64,000 bases of DNA from Selaginella moellendorffii (GCF_000143415.4 NW_003314275.1:811955-875954); one strand, 5' to 3'. Shown: positions 47,746 to 62,478, numbered from the stretch's first letter. Translations and numbers: made by a program. The notes: a model not told the origin generated them from the letters alone.

Positions 47746-48270
47746 ACCTTTATCATAAACAACATACTCTAATTATCTGGATGAGCTTTGAAGTTTTACT
47801 CCCCCCAGGCCTCATCCACAGCAACCTCTCCATCAAAGTCACCAGCTGTGAGTTTAATGCTTTACTTAACTTTGATCTAATACTGAACATTCTTATTGAA
47901 TATTTTTTTAACGATAAACCTAGTGCATAAATGGAAGGGCTTGGCTGAATCTAGAGCACAGGGATGGAGCATATAATGGACTGTTGTTTGTAGCAAATTG
48001 TCTAGGTAATGAGGACGAGTTATTTCTCTACAATGCTTTCCAGTTCATAAACGTATCTCGTTTATTAAATAGCAAGATTTATTAATTAGATATTATTTTG
48101 AAGGATTGGTGAAAAATTATAAACTTTAACCATCAACCCTCTTTTCCTTAAGGAAAATCTAAAGAGCTTGGTTGAGCTACTTGCACTTCCGTGTTGGAAT
48201 TTCTCATTTGCCAGTATAAAAGTCCAACAGTGGGATGACAACCCACAATCTCTACAACTCGCATTCTATC

Positions 48271-48703
48271 ATGCCTTCACAGTTTATTATCTGCTTAGTC
48301 TTTGCTCTTGTAGCGCTTGCAGGGACAAGCAACTATTAGTTTGTTGCAAATGCCCATACTAGAACTATAGCTAATCAGACTCAATCTGGTTTTGATGCAG
48401 GCATGCAACTTTGAGGATACCTGTGACAAGAACTCGGAGGTTATAAGCGGCACAACATTGACTGCCAATTGTTACAAGCCCAATGGCCAGCTCCACAAGG
48501 GAGGCACCCTCAACTGTGGCAGAAACTTTAGTGCCTCGTGCCAGAATGTAGTGATCACCCCGTGGTACCTTCCTCCAGCTCCAAGTGCTGCTTCCATCAA
48601 TGCCCAGTGCTATGGCAATGGCCAGTATCGTTATACCTCAGTACTGATTAACAAGTGTGTGCAGAACAACGGTGGATTCCTCCAGTGTTGTAGCAGCAAG
48701 TGA
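48271..48703 (+). CDS. Cyanovirin-N homolog (CVNH) secreted lectin, possibly degenerate
   Basis: Signal-like exon MPSQFIICLVFALVALAG (48271). CNFEDTC..ISGTTLTANCYKPNG / NFSASCQN..INAQC..NG.Y..TSV.IN.CV.NNGGFL two-repeat pattern. Splice structure unclear. Confidence 0.7.
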
Positions 48704-49046
48704 GTGAAGTTTCTCATGATAAAGTGATGTTATCTTAACATCAAATAAATTTGTTATTTAAGTTTCTTGCTTCATGATTCTTTTGATTTTAGGGTTCTTG
48801 CATCTTAACATTGAGGCACCACCGCTTTCTTCGCGGATGCCACAACGATTTGGCTCGGGGCACTGATCAAGAGCTTCTGCACACTTTTCTTCCGTGTCAC
48901 AAACATGCTCAATCTTGTTTTTTGCAAAGTAGTGATTTACCACCTTGTTCATTCACCACCATTCTAACAACGATGCCTATCATCACAGCATTAGCTCACA
49001 GCAGAGCCCTGGATCTTCTTCGAGAAAGAACTCCCGATTTTCAGCA

Positions 49047-50075
49047 CTAACAAGAGAACCAAGCAAAGTCCACGAAACCTGGCACAGCCTTGGGCGCCTC
49101 CTCCACTGACCAGCTCTTGGAATCGACTCCAAAGTGCACAATCCGTGAGTTATCCCCGTCAAGCAGCCATATACTGTTGCTCCCATCAGTGCAAACAGTG
49201 CACGCCTCCAAATCATCAAACTCCTCATCACGGCTCGAAACAATCTCCCACTTCTCTCCCCGCCTCTCTGCGACAACCAGCCCCTCGTGATCTTCCGCCT
49301 GCAACTCATTACTAACCACGAACAGCCGATCCCGATCCAGCTGAAGAAAGGACCACCACCATTCGAACTCCAACTCGTCGGAATCAAGCTTGAGAATGCG
49401 CCAGGAATCATCCCACAAGTTGTATCTCATTAAGGCATCCGTGCCAAGCATCGCCACCTCCCCGTGATCCAGCATCGGATAGAAACCATACCCGTCCTCC
49501 ATGTCCCCTGTGTCTGGGTAGTGTTTGTTCTCGCGCAAGGACCACTCGCCCGAGGCCGAGTCGTAGATGTAGAAGGCGCGCAATTGCCCGAAGCTAGCGA
49601 CGCAATACTCTCGCGTCGATCGATCCCTCTCGCGGCGGTACACCCTCAAGCGCATGTTAGGGCCGGTCTCTGGCGGCAAAGGAACTCTCACCGGGGAGGA
49701 GTTGAGATCGCTGTAGCGCCACACGAAGATAGAGGATAGCGTCAACCAGTCCTCAAACGTGGCCAGGCACAGCAAGCCCGCGTCGCTGTTGGCGATGGTC
49801 ATGTCGTTGGGGAGCGTCTGGAAGTGGCGCCACTCGTTGCGAGGGGAGCTGTCGAGCGGCTTGACGAGGAGGGATCCAGAGAGACGAAGGAAGAGGTGAG
49901 GGATGCAGCGGTGGGAGAGAGCGTAGCCTTTGCGGAAGATGGGATCGTCAATTGCTCGTCGCCATTCGCGGCACACGCACCTGGCCTGGCACAGATCGAT
50001 CGCGGACAGCCTGAGGAAGACGAGCTCCAGCTCTACCACGACTTCGCCGCTGGCGATCGCTCCTCTTTGCCGCAT
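49047..50075 (-). CDS. F-box protein
   Basis: ELVFLRLSAIDLCQARCVCREWRRAIDDP F-box motif; 342-aa intronless ORF. Confidence 0.85.
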   Translation of the reverse strand: MRQRGAIASGEVVVELELVFLRLSAIDLCQARCVCREWRRAIDDPIFRKGYALSHRCIPHLFLRLSGSLLVKPLDSSPRNEWRHFQTLPNDMTIANSDAGLLCLATFEDWLTLSSIFVWRYSDLNSSPVRVPLPPETGPNMRLRVYRRERDRSTREYCVASFGQLRAFYIYDSASGEWSLRENKHYPDTGDMEDGYGFYPMLDHGEVAMLGTDALMRYNLWDDSWRILKLDSDELEFEWWWSFLQLDRDRLFVVSNELQAEDHEGLVVAERRGEKWEIVSSRDEEFDDLEACTVCTDGSNSIWLLDGDNSRIVHFGVDSKSWSVEEAPKAVPGFVDFAWFSC

Positions 50076-50751
50076 TGTGTGTCAGTTCTAGGGCTTTGCA
50101 ATTTTAGGGTTCTTGCATCTTAACATTGAGGGGCCGCTCTTTCTTCGCGGCTCGCTTATACGCGGATGCCACAACGATTTCTCGCGCGTTGTTCGCTGCC
50201 TTGTTCGACTGATGGACGCCACAGCGCCTTCTTCTCTCTCTTTTTTTTCTCGCGCATTTAGTACTGCGAAGATTCTATCGCGTGTGCTTTGCCCGTTCAG
50301 CTAATGCTACATTGCTAATCTCCTTTCGCAATGTCCTGGGATTTCTTTCATCTCTTCTTCTCTGGACAAAGATCTCATCTCCTGTAGGAGAGATTCTTCA
50401 TCCTTCTCGCTTTTTCGTGCATCTTTTCTGGGGCTACACGCGATTTAATTTCCAGTGCGTGTCGCTCATTCACACAATGCACAGATTAAATCTTGTCGAT
50501 CTTTCCTGTGGCTTTCTGAGAGATTCACGGATGAATCTTCTCATGCAGTTGGCAGGAGAACAAAAAACCATCTTTCCTTTGATTTCGATGACACACCAAG
50601 GATCATCGTTTAGGACTCTTTGTCTGCAAAAAAAGTATAGCGATGGTACATCTGTACAGTGCGTTTCTCTAGAGAAAACTCGCGCAAAAACCCCCAGAGA
50701 GAATGAGAAAAGATGGAAAGAAAATAAAACCAGACCTTTTTCTTCTCACAG

Positions 50752-53700
50752 TCACTTGATCCGCTTGATCTTCTTTAGTACGTCCTTGACGTTGGGGCCT
50801 TTGTCCCACGAAGCAAACTGGCCCGCGACCTTCTTTAGCAGCACTCCAGCGTTAAAAATCGCGGTGGAGTCTCTCAGGTTACTCGGCTGTGGCAATCCAA
50901 ACACCACCCGGTTCACGTCTTCGTCGACTTGCAGGCTGTAGACTTCGCTAAAAATCTGCAAAGCAAGAACAACTTGTAAGCTCTTACTGCTACCAGAAAC
51001 GAGAGTCTAGCGAGCTTACTTTACACATTCTCTGGTCTGCTTGTATGTGAGGCTCACGAGCCCGCGAAACAACGTTTATGACGAGGATTCCTTCGGGTTC
51101 CAGAGCAGCTTTCGCACTGCGGAGGAATGTTTCGAGAAGGAATTCCTCTGGAGGGCAGCTTAGCCCATTACTGCAACGGAGTTATCAACAAATATCAACA
51201 GAAAAGAGAGAACAGAACCTTGGATCGGAGGAATCAGCGTCAATGAGTAGTATGTGCAATTTATGTCTAGTGTTCTCGCTGTTAGCTTGTTCTTCCATCT
51301 GAAATAAGAAATATTCGAGAGTTTCTTCTTTCAAGTTTGATCTTTCAACTCATACCTCTTGTTTTGCTATAGCATCGACAGCGGCTAATCCATCTCCAAG
51401 TCTCAGCTGTAAGAGAATATATTGGTTAAGAAGAAAAAGAAAAATTGGGGACTCTCATGCCTGCATGCGATCGTCTTCCACAAATCCAAAGTGACGCTTT
51501 GCCAAATCAGCAACAACCGGATCCAGCTCCACTACCTTAAACAAGAAAAAACCTTTTGTCATGTAACAAAAAACAAAGAGAACACTTCACCTCAATGCTG
51601 TTGAAGGGAAAATGCTTGTACAGAAACATTGGGAGCAATCCAGCACCAAGCCCAACGATCATCACACGAATCTGTACTAGTAGTTGAGGATTAATTCTTT
51701 GTCACAAGCAGAAAATAGCAAACACTTTGATTGCCATGCCTGTTCTTTGGAAGATACGCATGACTCAATCTTAGTAGCGATCAAAGATAGGCCTGCCACC
51801 ATCCCTTCGTGATACGGACTGGCCAAGTAACTGTGATCTACCTTCATCTCATCCGTGGTGTCTGGAACAAACACAAGAACAAGAAAAAATAAAGTTACAC
51901 TTTGATTAAAGTCAAGAAGTTTCTATACCACGTACTTTGTCTTCTCTGCGCTGCAGTTTCTTTGCCATGTTTGTTTTTCTTTTTACTACCCACGCGTCGA
52001 AATCCATTCGTTGGCGTTAGTAAAGCCTCCGACTGGATGAGGTTGGGATTACGTTTAAAGAACAGGCGTCGAAAGAAGGCCTTTTTTTTGTCGGATGATA
52101 CAACATCCTCTACAAGCATGGTACCCGTTAATGGAGAATCGATCTGAACAAAGGAGAGAAAAGTCAATGGTTTCTCTTTGTTAATCGATGCACGGTATTG
52201 TTACCTCCTCCAGCAGAGTCCCTTTACAAACTCCATCGTGTGGCAGCAGGAAACTGCAGATGTTCGCAACCAAGAGTTAGAAACCTCGACAAGGAAAAGC
52301 GGGAAAGAGAAGTGAGGAACTTACGGTACTCCTGAGTCACAATCTAATGGTACAAGCTCTCTCACTAGCGGGGACAGGAGGTTCTGACCATTTGGAAAGT
52401 GGGAATATGCACAAGGTGAGTGGAAACGGATACCTGAAGTTCAGTAGCGGTCTGACAGTCAGTTTCGAGGTAAACCTGTCCGAAAAGAAGAAACACAGGT
52501 TATTTCCGACAGATGAATCGATGCAAGTTTTATAGTCAGCAAGTCCTACCATGATAAGCCGAGCGGCCTTGGCACTTTCGACCACTTGCCATTGTCCTTC
52601 CTCGGATGAATAGAGCCACTCGTGAGCCTTGGCCTGTCGCAAAAGTATAAAGATCTTGGAGGCTTTCGAAATGAAATCGAACATACCTTTGGCACCAAAA
52701 ACACAGCGCACGCATCAGGCGTGACGGCCTGTCCAATCTTGGCGTCCAGAACTATTGCTTTGAATGTTCCCCCGAGAGTTAGAACAGATCTCCGAGAGGG
52801 TTGGAGCTTTTCAAAGTCACGAAACTCTGGTCCTCTTCTTCTCAACGCATTTTCCTTCTCTATCGCTGCGATATTTTGCGCCTGGAAACATTGGTGTTGG
52901 TTTTTTCATAAGAGAAAAACTCAGAAAAAAACTCACATGGAGATCGGACGAAAGATTATAAGAGATCAAGGACAGATTGCTCGTCGTCTCTTTCGTGGCA
53001 GCAAATAACAGCGGCTTCAGCTTGGACGAAGCCTGAGCAATCGGCACTTGGTAGACAGCTACTTGCCAACCATGTCGAAACGTTGACAATAGCAATCCTA
53101 TAAAACACAACGTGATCTTTGAAAAGCGAAACACACAGGTAATTCTTCCACATACCGATTACGTGACTTTCGGCTAAGGTGATGCAAGCATACTTTCCCA
53201 AAGGCCTTAACACTCTTTTGACCTATCCAAAAGTACTGTCACTCTCGAGAAAAGAAAGAAGAACGAAATGGAAAGGAAAAGAAAACGCACCTCTGAGAGA
53301 AAACGTTTCCCGGACGCGTGATCTTCATCCGCCTGTCCAAGCACAGCATCCAGTGCTCCTTTGTCAAGAATGTAGTCGAACGAATCATTCGAGAACTAGG
53401 AAAAGAAAAATAAAAAGGCATTGCTCTCAGCTCGATCGAGAAAAGAGATGCAAGAAAATAGCTTTACCTGCATTTCCGTCATGTCCATGACCTTCCAGAA
53501 CATCATCGGCCTGTCCCTGATGTTTCTGCGCATCATCTCCATGATCACACTCCGCGAGAAATCGATGTTGGTGATATTCGTGAAGCCGTGATCATACATG
53601 GCCGACGAGAGCTCCGAATTGCCACAGCCGGGAATCAAGACGGCCGGGAGAGGGCTGAGCTGCGGATTGAGGCCGCAATGGCGCTCCAGCAGCGGGAACA

Positions 53701-53812
53701 AATCCGACCATTGCGCGTACCATTCGAAGGGGAGGCCGTCGCGCGCCACCAAGAATTCGTCCCAGAAGCGCTGCTCCTTGAAGGAGCGATTGGGAAGAGC
53801 GTTGTCGCCCAT
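50752..53812 (-). CDS. METTL13: eEF1A lysine/N-terminal methyltransferase (METTL13-like), multi-exon
   Basis: FWDEF..FEWYAQW..LIPGCGNSELS..MYD.GF.NITNIDFS, DKGALDAV, AHEWLYSSEEGQWQVVESAKAARLIMV, FRRL.F.RN.NLIQSEA, VDHSYLASPYH.GMVAGL, VGLGAGLLPMFL, SCPPEEFL. Confidence 0.88.
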
Positions 53813-56800
53813 TCTATTCCCCCGCGATAAACCCTAGCAAAGCTCATTTGCTAAAAAACATTTTTCTACATATAGTTGACCAACTTGTAATATGGAATTT
53901 CCATTGACCAGGATTAAAAATCTGATTTAAATTAAAGAAGATATGTTATTTATTATTTTTATATTATTTATAAATCTCAAATATTTTGATCTTAGCTTAG
54001 CCAGTTGACATATCATCACTGTGATTTCTGGGTCTGAAAATTTACTGATTTCTCAGAGCATCATGGTGGCACTTGTATTTAACAAGCACAGCTCAAGCAT
54101 CATAGTAGCATACATGTAATATGACAGCCAAGGAACATCTTTTATCTGGAGGAATTAAATACTAATTTGATGAAATACGTCTGTATCTGAAGGCATTGTC
54201 AAGTGTCCTAGCTCATGCTCAACTGATTGATTGTTGTGCTAAAAGCAAGTGTCAATGAAAAATGGACATCTTGTGTGAGCAACAAAGAGATTGTCATTGT
54301 GATATGGTAACATTAATGTGTGGGGCCAGAGAATTTTCCTCATTCTTGACATCATTTGGAGCTACTACTTACTACTGGATAAATGGTCATGATGAATGAT
54401 CATAGACCCAACAATCTTTTATATTGTTGTTAAGCCCATTAAGCTTTGTATTATACGTGTGATAATCAAATGATTCAAGTGACATGGATAACAAAAGATG
54501 GTATTTTGTAGAGGAACTTTGAGCTCATAATTGATTCCAATATATTCAAAAGAAATATTGACCAAATCAGCTTTTATTATTAACTCATCTACTATCTTAT
54601 AGTATATTTTCCCATAAGTCCAAACACAGCTTGGAGCATTGGATGCAAAGTAAATATACTTGCATTCTCGTCATATGCTCTATTAACCATTAAAAACTTG
54701 ACATGCACAAATGTATTCCTAACAAGAATCATGAAAACTTCCATTTTTCTTTCAGCCCGACATAAAACATTATCATATATATTTCCCATCTAGCCTTATA
54801 TCCTTTATACCACTATTGATATTCATTCCACAGTAAGCGTATTATACATGAATCTCATTCTGAAAACCCCACCTGATATTACATAGCATGAATCTAAGTG
54901 AGAGATTCCCCAATAAAATACTATGTTTATATATAGTTTTTATCAGCCACTAAAATAATATACTGCTTTTTAACATAGCTTGTTAGATATAATATAGTTT
55001 GTTTTTGTCTATAGTAGTTATAATATAGTATTTATTTTTCTAAAAGTAGTTTATAGTTTAATTCTATATATAGACACTACTTAGCCTTCAATTTGCTCTT
55101 TTTTTATGCACCCCTTTCTTTCTATAAATGTTTTATTTTTTAATCAAAATTTTAAAAATGACTTAAAAGCAAAGGTATAAATTACATACACTTACAGTTT
55201 TTTCCTTCTTATAAGTGCCTCTAACACCCAATAATAGCTCCCAGCCATGGTTGCCACTGTGCTCATAATGCTCTGCCGTTGCCATGGCTAGTGCATCAAC
55301 CAAGCACACCCCATGACCACCACAACACAACTATAGCTATGCCTTAGCACTCTCAATGGAAATGCCATCAACAATTACCCTAGCACCCAACCACAACATT
55401 GTCATGCCTTTATAGTCAATATAGTGCAATTGCAGCAAGCCCTAGCACTGCCAATACCAACCCCAAGCACCCATCAATGGCTACCACAACCTTTGTTCTG
55501 GAGGCAATCCAAATCACTAGCTAGGAATGTAGTTTTTTTCTTTTACTCTCAATCCTTTCTTCTAGATGGACTAGAAGCTAAATTAAGAAACTTGAGAGTG
55601 GGCTTTTGAGAATTTTAAAACAAAAGAGATATAAGTTTTTGGCCATCTCTTCTTTATTTATCAGATTTTTTCATATGAAAAACAAAAAGTCAAAGTTTAC
55701 CACAAGAATGTATTGACATTTAAGCAATGGACAAGTTAGGTATTAATGGAGTGGAATGCAACCTTTTCTTGTAGTTTGCTATGAGTGGAAAAAACTCACA
55801 TCAATATCATCAACCTTGAGTATCTTCATGTTGCCTTTGTTCATTGCTTTAGTAATTTACAAAATGAAATGCTTAAATTTTATTTATGTTTGGATCAATA
55901 ATAATTTCAATTTTTAGGCACTCTAATAGGGGAGATAGAGCATGAAAGAGCCATGGTTTTCTTTCTTTATCTTTTCATTTCAATCTTCTATATATTAGAA
56001 GTTTGTATTTTTAAAGAAATATATATGAATAAATTGTATTACTGTTGGCATTATATAGTTTTATAAATAGTACTTTCATATATAGCTTTCAGAAAGATGT
56101 TGACGTACAAAGTACACATTACTCATGCACTGCTTGTTCCAAAATTATTGCTATTGGACAAGGGACAAAAGTTTGATGATGACACTTCAATCGATGTTCT
56201 TGCAATTGATTACCATAGTAAATAAAAAGATCAAAAGCAATCATGAAAAATGTTAGATTTAAATAGAATGGCACGAATTCTTTAGCATCCTCATGAAAAC
56301 CAAGGCAAAAATGTTATTCAAAAGTTGTATCATCCCATAAAATATCAATAGCAACCATTTGAAATTCCAATGCATAAGTAAATATAAATTTGGAGCCTTG
56401 GCAATTGCTGCAATTTACAATTGGTAGTACCCTCTTGATTAATATTACTAAATATGTTGTTGAAGTGTTTTACAAAGAGATCAAAATTTTACAAAATAGA
56501 GAACCAGGAAAGAAGCATTCCAAGATTTGATTAATCTCAAGAAGTTAAACTGGAATATTGATCAGACTGTATAATAATTTTAAACTTGATTTGGTTGACG
56601 AAGCTACAGAATTTAGACCATGTGTCATCAAACTTTACTATTATACCAATCTTTAGTTAAAAAACAAGAAGCTATTTTTGATATTAAATAATTTACTAAA
56701 GCTACAAATGCATATCATAGTATCAAGAACTCGTCATTAAAAAAAGGGAAGACAACAAAATTACTAATAAAATACTAAAGCAACAAAAAAGATATGTTAA

Positions 56801-57518
56801 ACACTTTATCCTTAAAACCTTATTTTTATAAACTTGATACAACACAAAATAATCCAAAAACTTAATTTAGGTATAGGTTCATACTTATCCTAGATGTCTA
56901 ATAGAAGATTTTGAATTCAAATCCCATTACCAAAGATTTAAGGTTCAATTTTTACTATAGACAGTAATGGTGAATAAATAAATATAATAAGATGACAAAT
57001 ACATGACACCCTATTAATATGAATTCTGTGGCAAATAAATATTCTTATGTGGTGCTAAAGTGTTGTAAAAAATGCATAATATAAACATTTACATACAAAT
57101 ATTATTTTTAGTGGTATGACTCACACACACTGTATGATTTTTTTTTATATATTTTACAAATTTGGTAAGTGCCACCTAGTACACCTTCCCTTTGGAGGTG
57201 TACCTCCACCTTGAATTGACAATCACAAATCACTTCACTTCACAGTAAGTTTATAAAAGGAGGTAGAACATGTGTTTTGTATGTTTTTTGGTTTTCTCCA
57301 CAGCTGTCCAGTAGTCAATATATCATATCATACAATGTGTCAGTTTCTTACTGGATGGTTCATTATTAAGATCACTAGCAAATTTATTGATTTAATTTTA
57401 GGAATGGTGAATTATAATAATTCAAGTTGGTAAGGTTTAAAAATCTTTTGTTAATAACTGCTAGCGCCAATAATAAATGCGCTACAACACCCTGTCTACA
57501 TTGGAAAGAGAGAATAGG

Positions 57519-59302
57519 ATGGAGGAAGTTCCGGAGGAAGTTCCGGAGGGCGCCTTTGGCAAGCACAAATGCGTGCTCAGCATCGATGGGGGCGGCGTGC
57601 GCGGCCTCATCCCAGCACAGATCCTCATCTTCCTCGAGGAATGCCTCCAGGTTATAACTAGAGCAGTAGCAATGTCTTGTTTTGCTAGATCTTTCATTTC
57701 ATCTTGGGTCGATCACACAGGAGCTGGACGGCCCCGACGCTCGAATCGCAGACTACTTCGATGTAGTCGCCGGGACGAGCACTGGCGGCTTGATCTCGAT
57801 CATGCTCGCGGCCCCCGATGCGCAGCGACGACCCTTATTCACGGCCAAAGGTATCAACAAGTTCTACCTCGACAATTGCAAGACCATCTTCAATAGAGAT
57901 CGGTATGTCAGGACTGTAGATCATCTCTCTTCTTTGTGGTTCTTGTTCTTCGCTAGATAGCAAGATAACTGTAGTCCATATCTTATCTATCTTTCCTCAG
58001 CATGACATCCATCCGTGCTATGTTTGGTCCCAAGTACTCTCCAACAAACTTGGAGCATTTGCTCGAGAGCTATCTCAAAGACACGCGAATCCGAGACACC
58101 GTGACCGAGCTCCTCGTCACTGCTTTCGATACGAGGCTCCAGAATCCAGTCTTCTTCACCACAGCTGCTGTAACTTCTTGCCGATCTAGATATTTTTTTT
58201 TCGAGCTTAGCCTTTTGTCTCGACAGGGACGAGTGGATCCAACCAAGAACGCTTTGCTGCGAGAAATCGCTCGTGGAACCTCGGCGGCTCCCACGTTTTT
58301 CCCGCCAGTGAGATTCAGCTGCGAGGATTCCGAGTACCATTTGACAGACGGAGGTCTCGTCGCGAACAATCCTGTAAGTTCTTCGTTCGCATTAAAAAAA
58401 CTAGAATTCTTTCTTCCTTTGTTTATTTTGTTTCTCTTGTCTTATATGAGCAGACTTTTCTTGCTCTAGTCGAGGCCTTCAAGGATCCTCAAACCAACAA
58501 GCTACTCAAGGATTCCAAGAGAACTTTACTCGAGGTTCGGTTCTTTTCGCTGAAAAAAGTGAACTCTTTGAATCTGATCTAGAAAGGTTTTCTTTTTCCA
58601 GCGATTCAATGACTGCTTGGTGCTCTCACTGGGATGCGGCACTCTTCCTTTCAGTTACGAGGCCCAGGAGATTTCCAAATGGGGAGCTCTTGGCTGGGTG
58701 CTACACAAAGATGGTGCTCCGATCATCAACATGCTCTTGGACGCGAGCTCAGATATGATGGACAACAACATCGCTCTCATGTTTAAAACTGGATTTTGCG
58801 ACAAGAACTTGATCAGAGTCCAGGCAAGTTATCTCGACTTTGGTTAGATCCAAACTTACAAACGATGGTTATAACAGACAACAAGACTGTCCAAGACCGC
58901 GGCCGAAGTGGACAACTCCACGCCGGAGAACCTCAAAAACTTGGCAGCTCTCGGCCAGGAACTTCTCGACGAGCGATTGGCACGGACAAACTTTGTTACT
59001 GGAAAGTTCCAAGATGCGACGGCCGAGACGAATAGAACAGCCATCAAACGGTGAGTTTTCTTTCTTTCAATCCTATCAGCTCGTGACAAGTTCTTTCTAC
59101 GATCAGGTTCTCCAAATGGTTGTCGCTAGAGCGCAAGGCTCGAGAGGCACAACGAGAAGGGGAGCCCGAACGGATCCACGAGATGCGAAGAGTCACTTCT
59201 GCGAGGTGGAAAAACCCGAGTAAAATTTCTTATTCCAATCAACCGAGACCGTTCAAGAACACACCAAGACTTTGCAGCCATCCTCTTCCCATCTGGTGCT
59301 AA
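57519..59302 (+). CDS. Patatin-like phospholipase (pPLA-II type), multi-exon
   Basis: [57 protein letters not shown]; short GT-AG introns. Confidence 0.92.
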
Positions 59303-62300
59303 GTAGCGATCTCACAAGCTCCTTGACGGCTCTTCTAGATTGCATTTGCTACTCGTTCATTTGGAAGCTTGTTCACTCAACCTAGGTCCTTCGCTTGTAC
59401 AAACATAAAAATCATGGTCATAAAAGGTCATTTTAAAGCCAAAAATTCTCCTTCACCATAAGGATATCTATGGTAGAAGTTTCATCCATTGCCAATTGGA
59501 TCTTATTTTAAATTTTTACTTGAGATGCAAGGAGAAGAATTTATGGTCTGCTTATTACTAGAGTATCCAAAATTCTGCCACCACTTTGTTTGGATTATAA
59601 CTATGTTCTATGGAAACTGCAGTGTAGATGGGATGGCACTAATAATAACAATTTTATTATAATTATTATATTTTTTGAATATTTGTGAATATTTTTATGA
59701 AAGAATATTTTACTATTGAATAAATATATTACTGAATGAGAGTGAATGTTAAGAATTTTATTCATTTCTTTCTTGTTTTTTACAATTATTTAACAAAGAC
59801 AAAAACATAAACTTTTAGAGAAATTTAAATAAATCAAGAATTATTTCATATTTCATACCAAAAATATTTTATTAATTTTAAATTACTTTCATAATTGTTT
59901 TAAGCAAAAAATTCCTTACTTATGCTAAAATGACTAATTATTTGTATTAACTGATACTTTAATATGTCAAAGCATAACCCAAAAATATGTCTATTAGTAT
60001 CAAGGGATAAATATTCTTTTATATTTCGATTCATGAAATTAATAGTTTAAATGTAACACTCTTTTATAAACAATTGCTACTATTTAAATATAAGATCTTC
60101 ATATTTGCATCAATTATGGTGGCTTAAATGTAATTAATTTTTATACTTTGTGCATTAGAATGTAATTTCCAATCCATTGTTTTTTGTATTATTTTATATA
60201 ATAATTATTATTATGTAGATGCACTCATTTGGATGGCAAGAAAATTAGAATTGTGATTAGATTGGGGATCCTTTTTTAATACAATTATTGGTGATAAAAA
60301 GTTAAACATATATATACATATATATGTGTTATTATAAATTGTAAAAAAAATTAAAATTGCTATTTTATTTCTAACAAAATAAATACTTTAAAATTTATTG
60401 TTCTAAAATAAAGATAATTAATAACTTATACCTACTTAGAAAATAATCAAATTTAATATAAATATAAAAATTGAATGTTGTTGCAAATATAACACAAGAA
60501 ATTATTACAAATATAAAATTTTGTATAATGATGGAAAAATATTTTATTAAAATTTTCCTCTAATATATATCTTATATTAAAAATCTTTCTCTTAGCTCTT
60601 AAAAAATATTAAGGATATATTTACCTTTATGCATATTAACTTGATATTTTTATTAATTTATTTTATACTTAAAAAATGTAATGTAGATCTTAATCTAAAA
60701 AAGTAATACTTTAATATCTTGATAAATGGTAAAATATTTTACTATTGAATTAGCATATTATAGAATAAGAGTGAATGTTAAAGATTTTATTCATTTCTTT
60801 GTGATTTTTCTACAATTACTTAACAAAGATATTCAATTAAAATATAAAGTTTTATAAACATTTATATATATCAAGATGTGAGTGCTTGGAATATGGAAAG
60901 GGAATACAGAAATGTGCATATCCATTAGCCCAAAAAACCCTGCACGGATCTCGTCTTCTTCCTCCTGTTCTTGAGCAAGGGCGTGAGCTTAGCATTGCTC
61001 ACACCCCCTCATCACGGAGGGTGACCCAGACCGACCCTGATCTGCTTTGTCCTGAACGTTTGCATTGAATGTTTACTTGGTGTTTATTTCCGATAATTCT
61101 TTCCGGGTTTCCCAGTTCTGCTTGGTGATGTGTTTATGCTGATTGTCATATACCACGACATTCTGATAGCTTCCCTGGGCAGTCTAATTTCATTACTAGC
61201 CAATTCGCTTTCGTTATAGAGATATGCTGCTGCTTCATCATCCTCCGTCTGGCAGAGGAGGTTTGATTTTATCCCCTCGGAGACCGGGTTTTGCCGATTC
61301 GGCGTAAACAGCGAGTCACTGGCTTCAGTCTGCCAGCATGAAACTAGATGGTAAGAAATCAAAGTGACTACGGAGCAAAAGGAAGTAAAATGCTCTTACA
61401 GAGAGTCAAAGCGTACTAACCAGCAGCACACAGCAAGGCGTGTTTCCACTCAAATCAGGAGCGCACGCCTGACAATGCTGGGTCGAATCTCAGTCGGGTC
61501 TTGGCAATCTATGAAAATGGAGGAGTGAGAGATTCCCTGTTTGACTTGCCTGAAAGGTAGAAAGAAGGCCCGAGGTCTCTATCAATCACCAGTGTGGAGC
61601 ATCTCCAGGAAAAATCAAAAGGGAATTTTTATTACTTGTTGAGATGAGGTGATGAGCACTTGTGTGAGGGGGCGAAGCGTTTGTACTTTTAACTTGACTA
61701 GATTTCCTAGACTACTAATACATTTGTCAAGTTTCTAGAAATTAAAGGAAGGAATGTTTTTCTGCTTACACAAAAATGTGATGGTACCCAAGAAAGACCA
61801 CGAAACGCACGAAGGCTCGCATTCGCTGCATCAGTTAAGCTCAGAATTTTCTTAGAGATATAGTTTTGGATTTAGATTTCGACTCATCGAGAGAGAAAAA
61901 CACAAATACGACCACTTCAAGTTCATGCGTGCACAGTTCAAAGTGATCGACTAAAATTCTTCAATCCCCTTTTCGTGATTGGATATTGCAGAAGGAAACA
62001 AGTTTGTCAACTAAAAAAAGCATTGGATAATCCCTAGAGCAAAGGGACGAGAAACAAAGCTCTTGGACGGATAAATTGGGGGACATCTCTTCCAGTCAGG
62101 TAGAACTCAAAGAATTTCTGAATAACTCTGCGTTAGAAGCGCAAAATGTAGAGATTATCCTGGAACATTATGGGAAGTGTGTCGAGTATTCATAGATCCA
62201 AGAAAAAAATGAGAGAGAACTTACTGCATCCACCAAGTCCCTAGTTCTTCTCTGGAAAAAAATACTTCCAGCTTGCCAGCAGGCCCAAGCTTGAAAATCA

Positions 62301-62478
62301 AAACTATGATTGGTGTCTTGACGCCAGGCGCCCAAGACGGAAAAACCAAACTGGGGTATCCCTGGCGAGCTTTTTTCTTTTTGAAGGTTTCGGTTCCTCG
62401 CTTGGACCGCAACGCGATTCGCGCCAAGGTGCAGCACCAGAGCAACATCTCTATGAAGCACTTTCCACACTTGCCATT

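Noticed and set aside
59700-60860. About 130-bp AT-rich direct repeat (near 59705 and 60735)
   Set aside because: Low complexity and diverged; no termini or TSD that would define an element.
61084-61560. Possible spliced minus-strand gene fragment
   Set aside because: No recognisable domain and no consistent gene model could be built.
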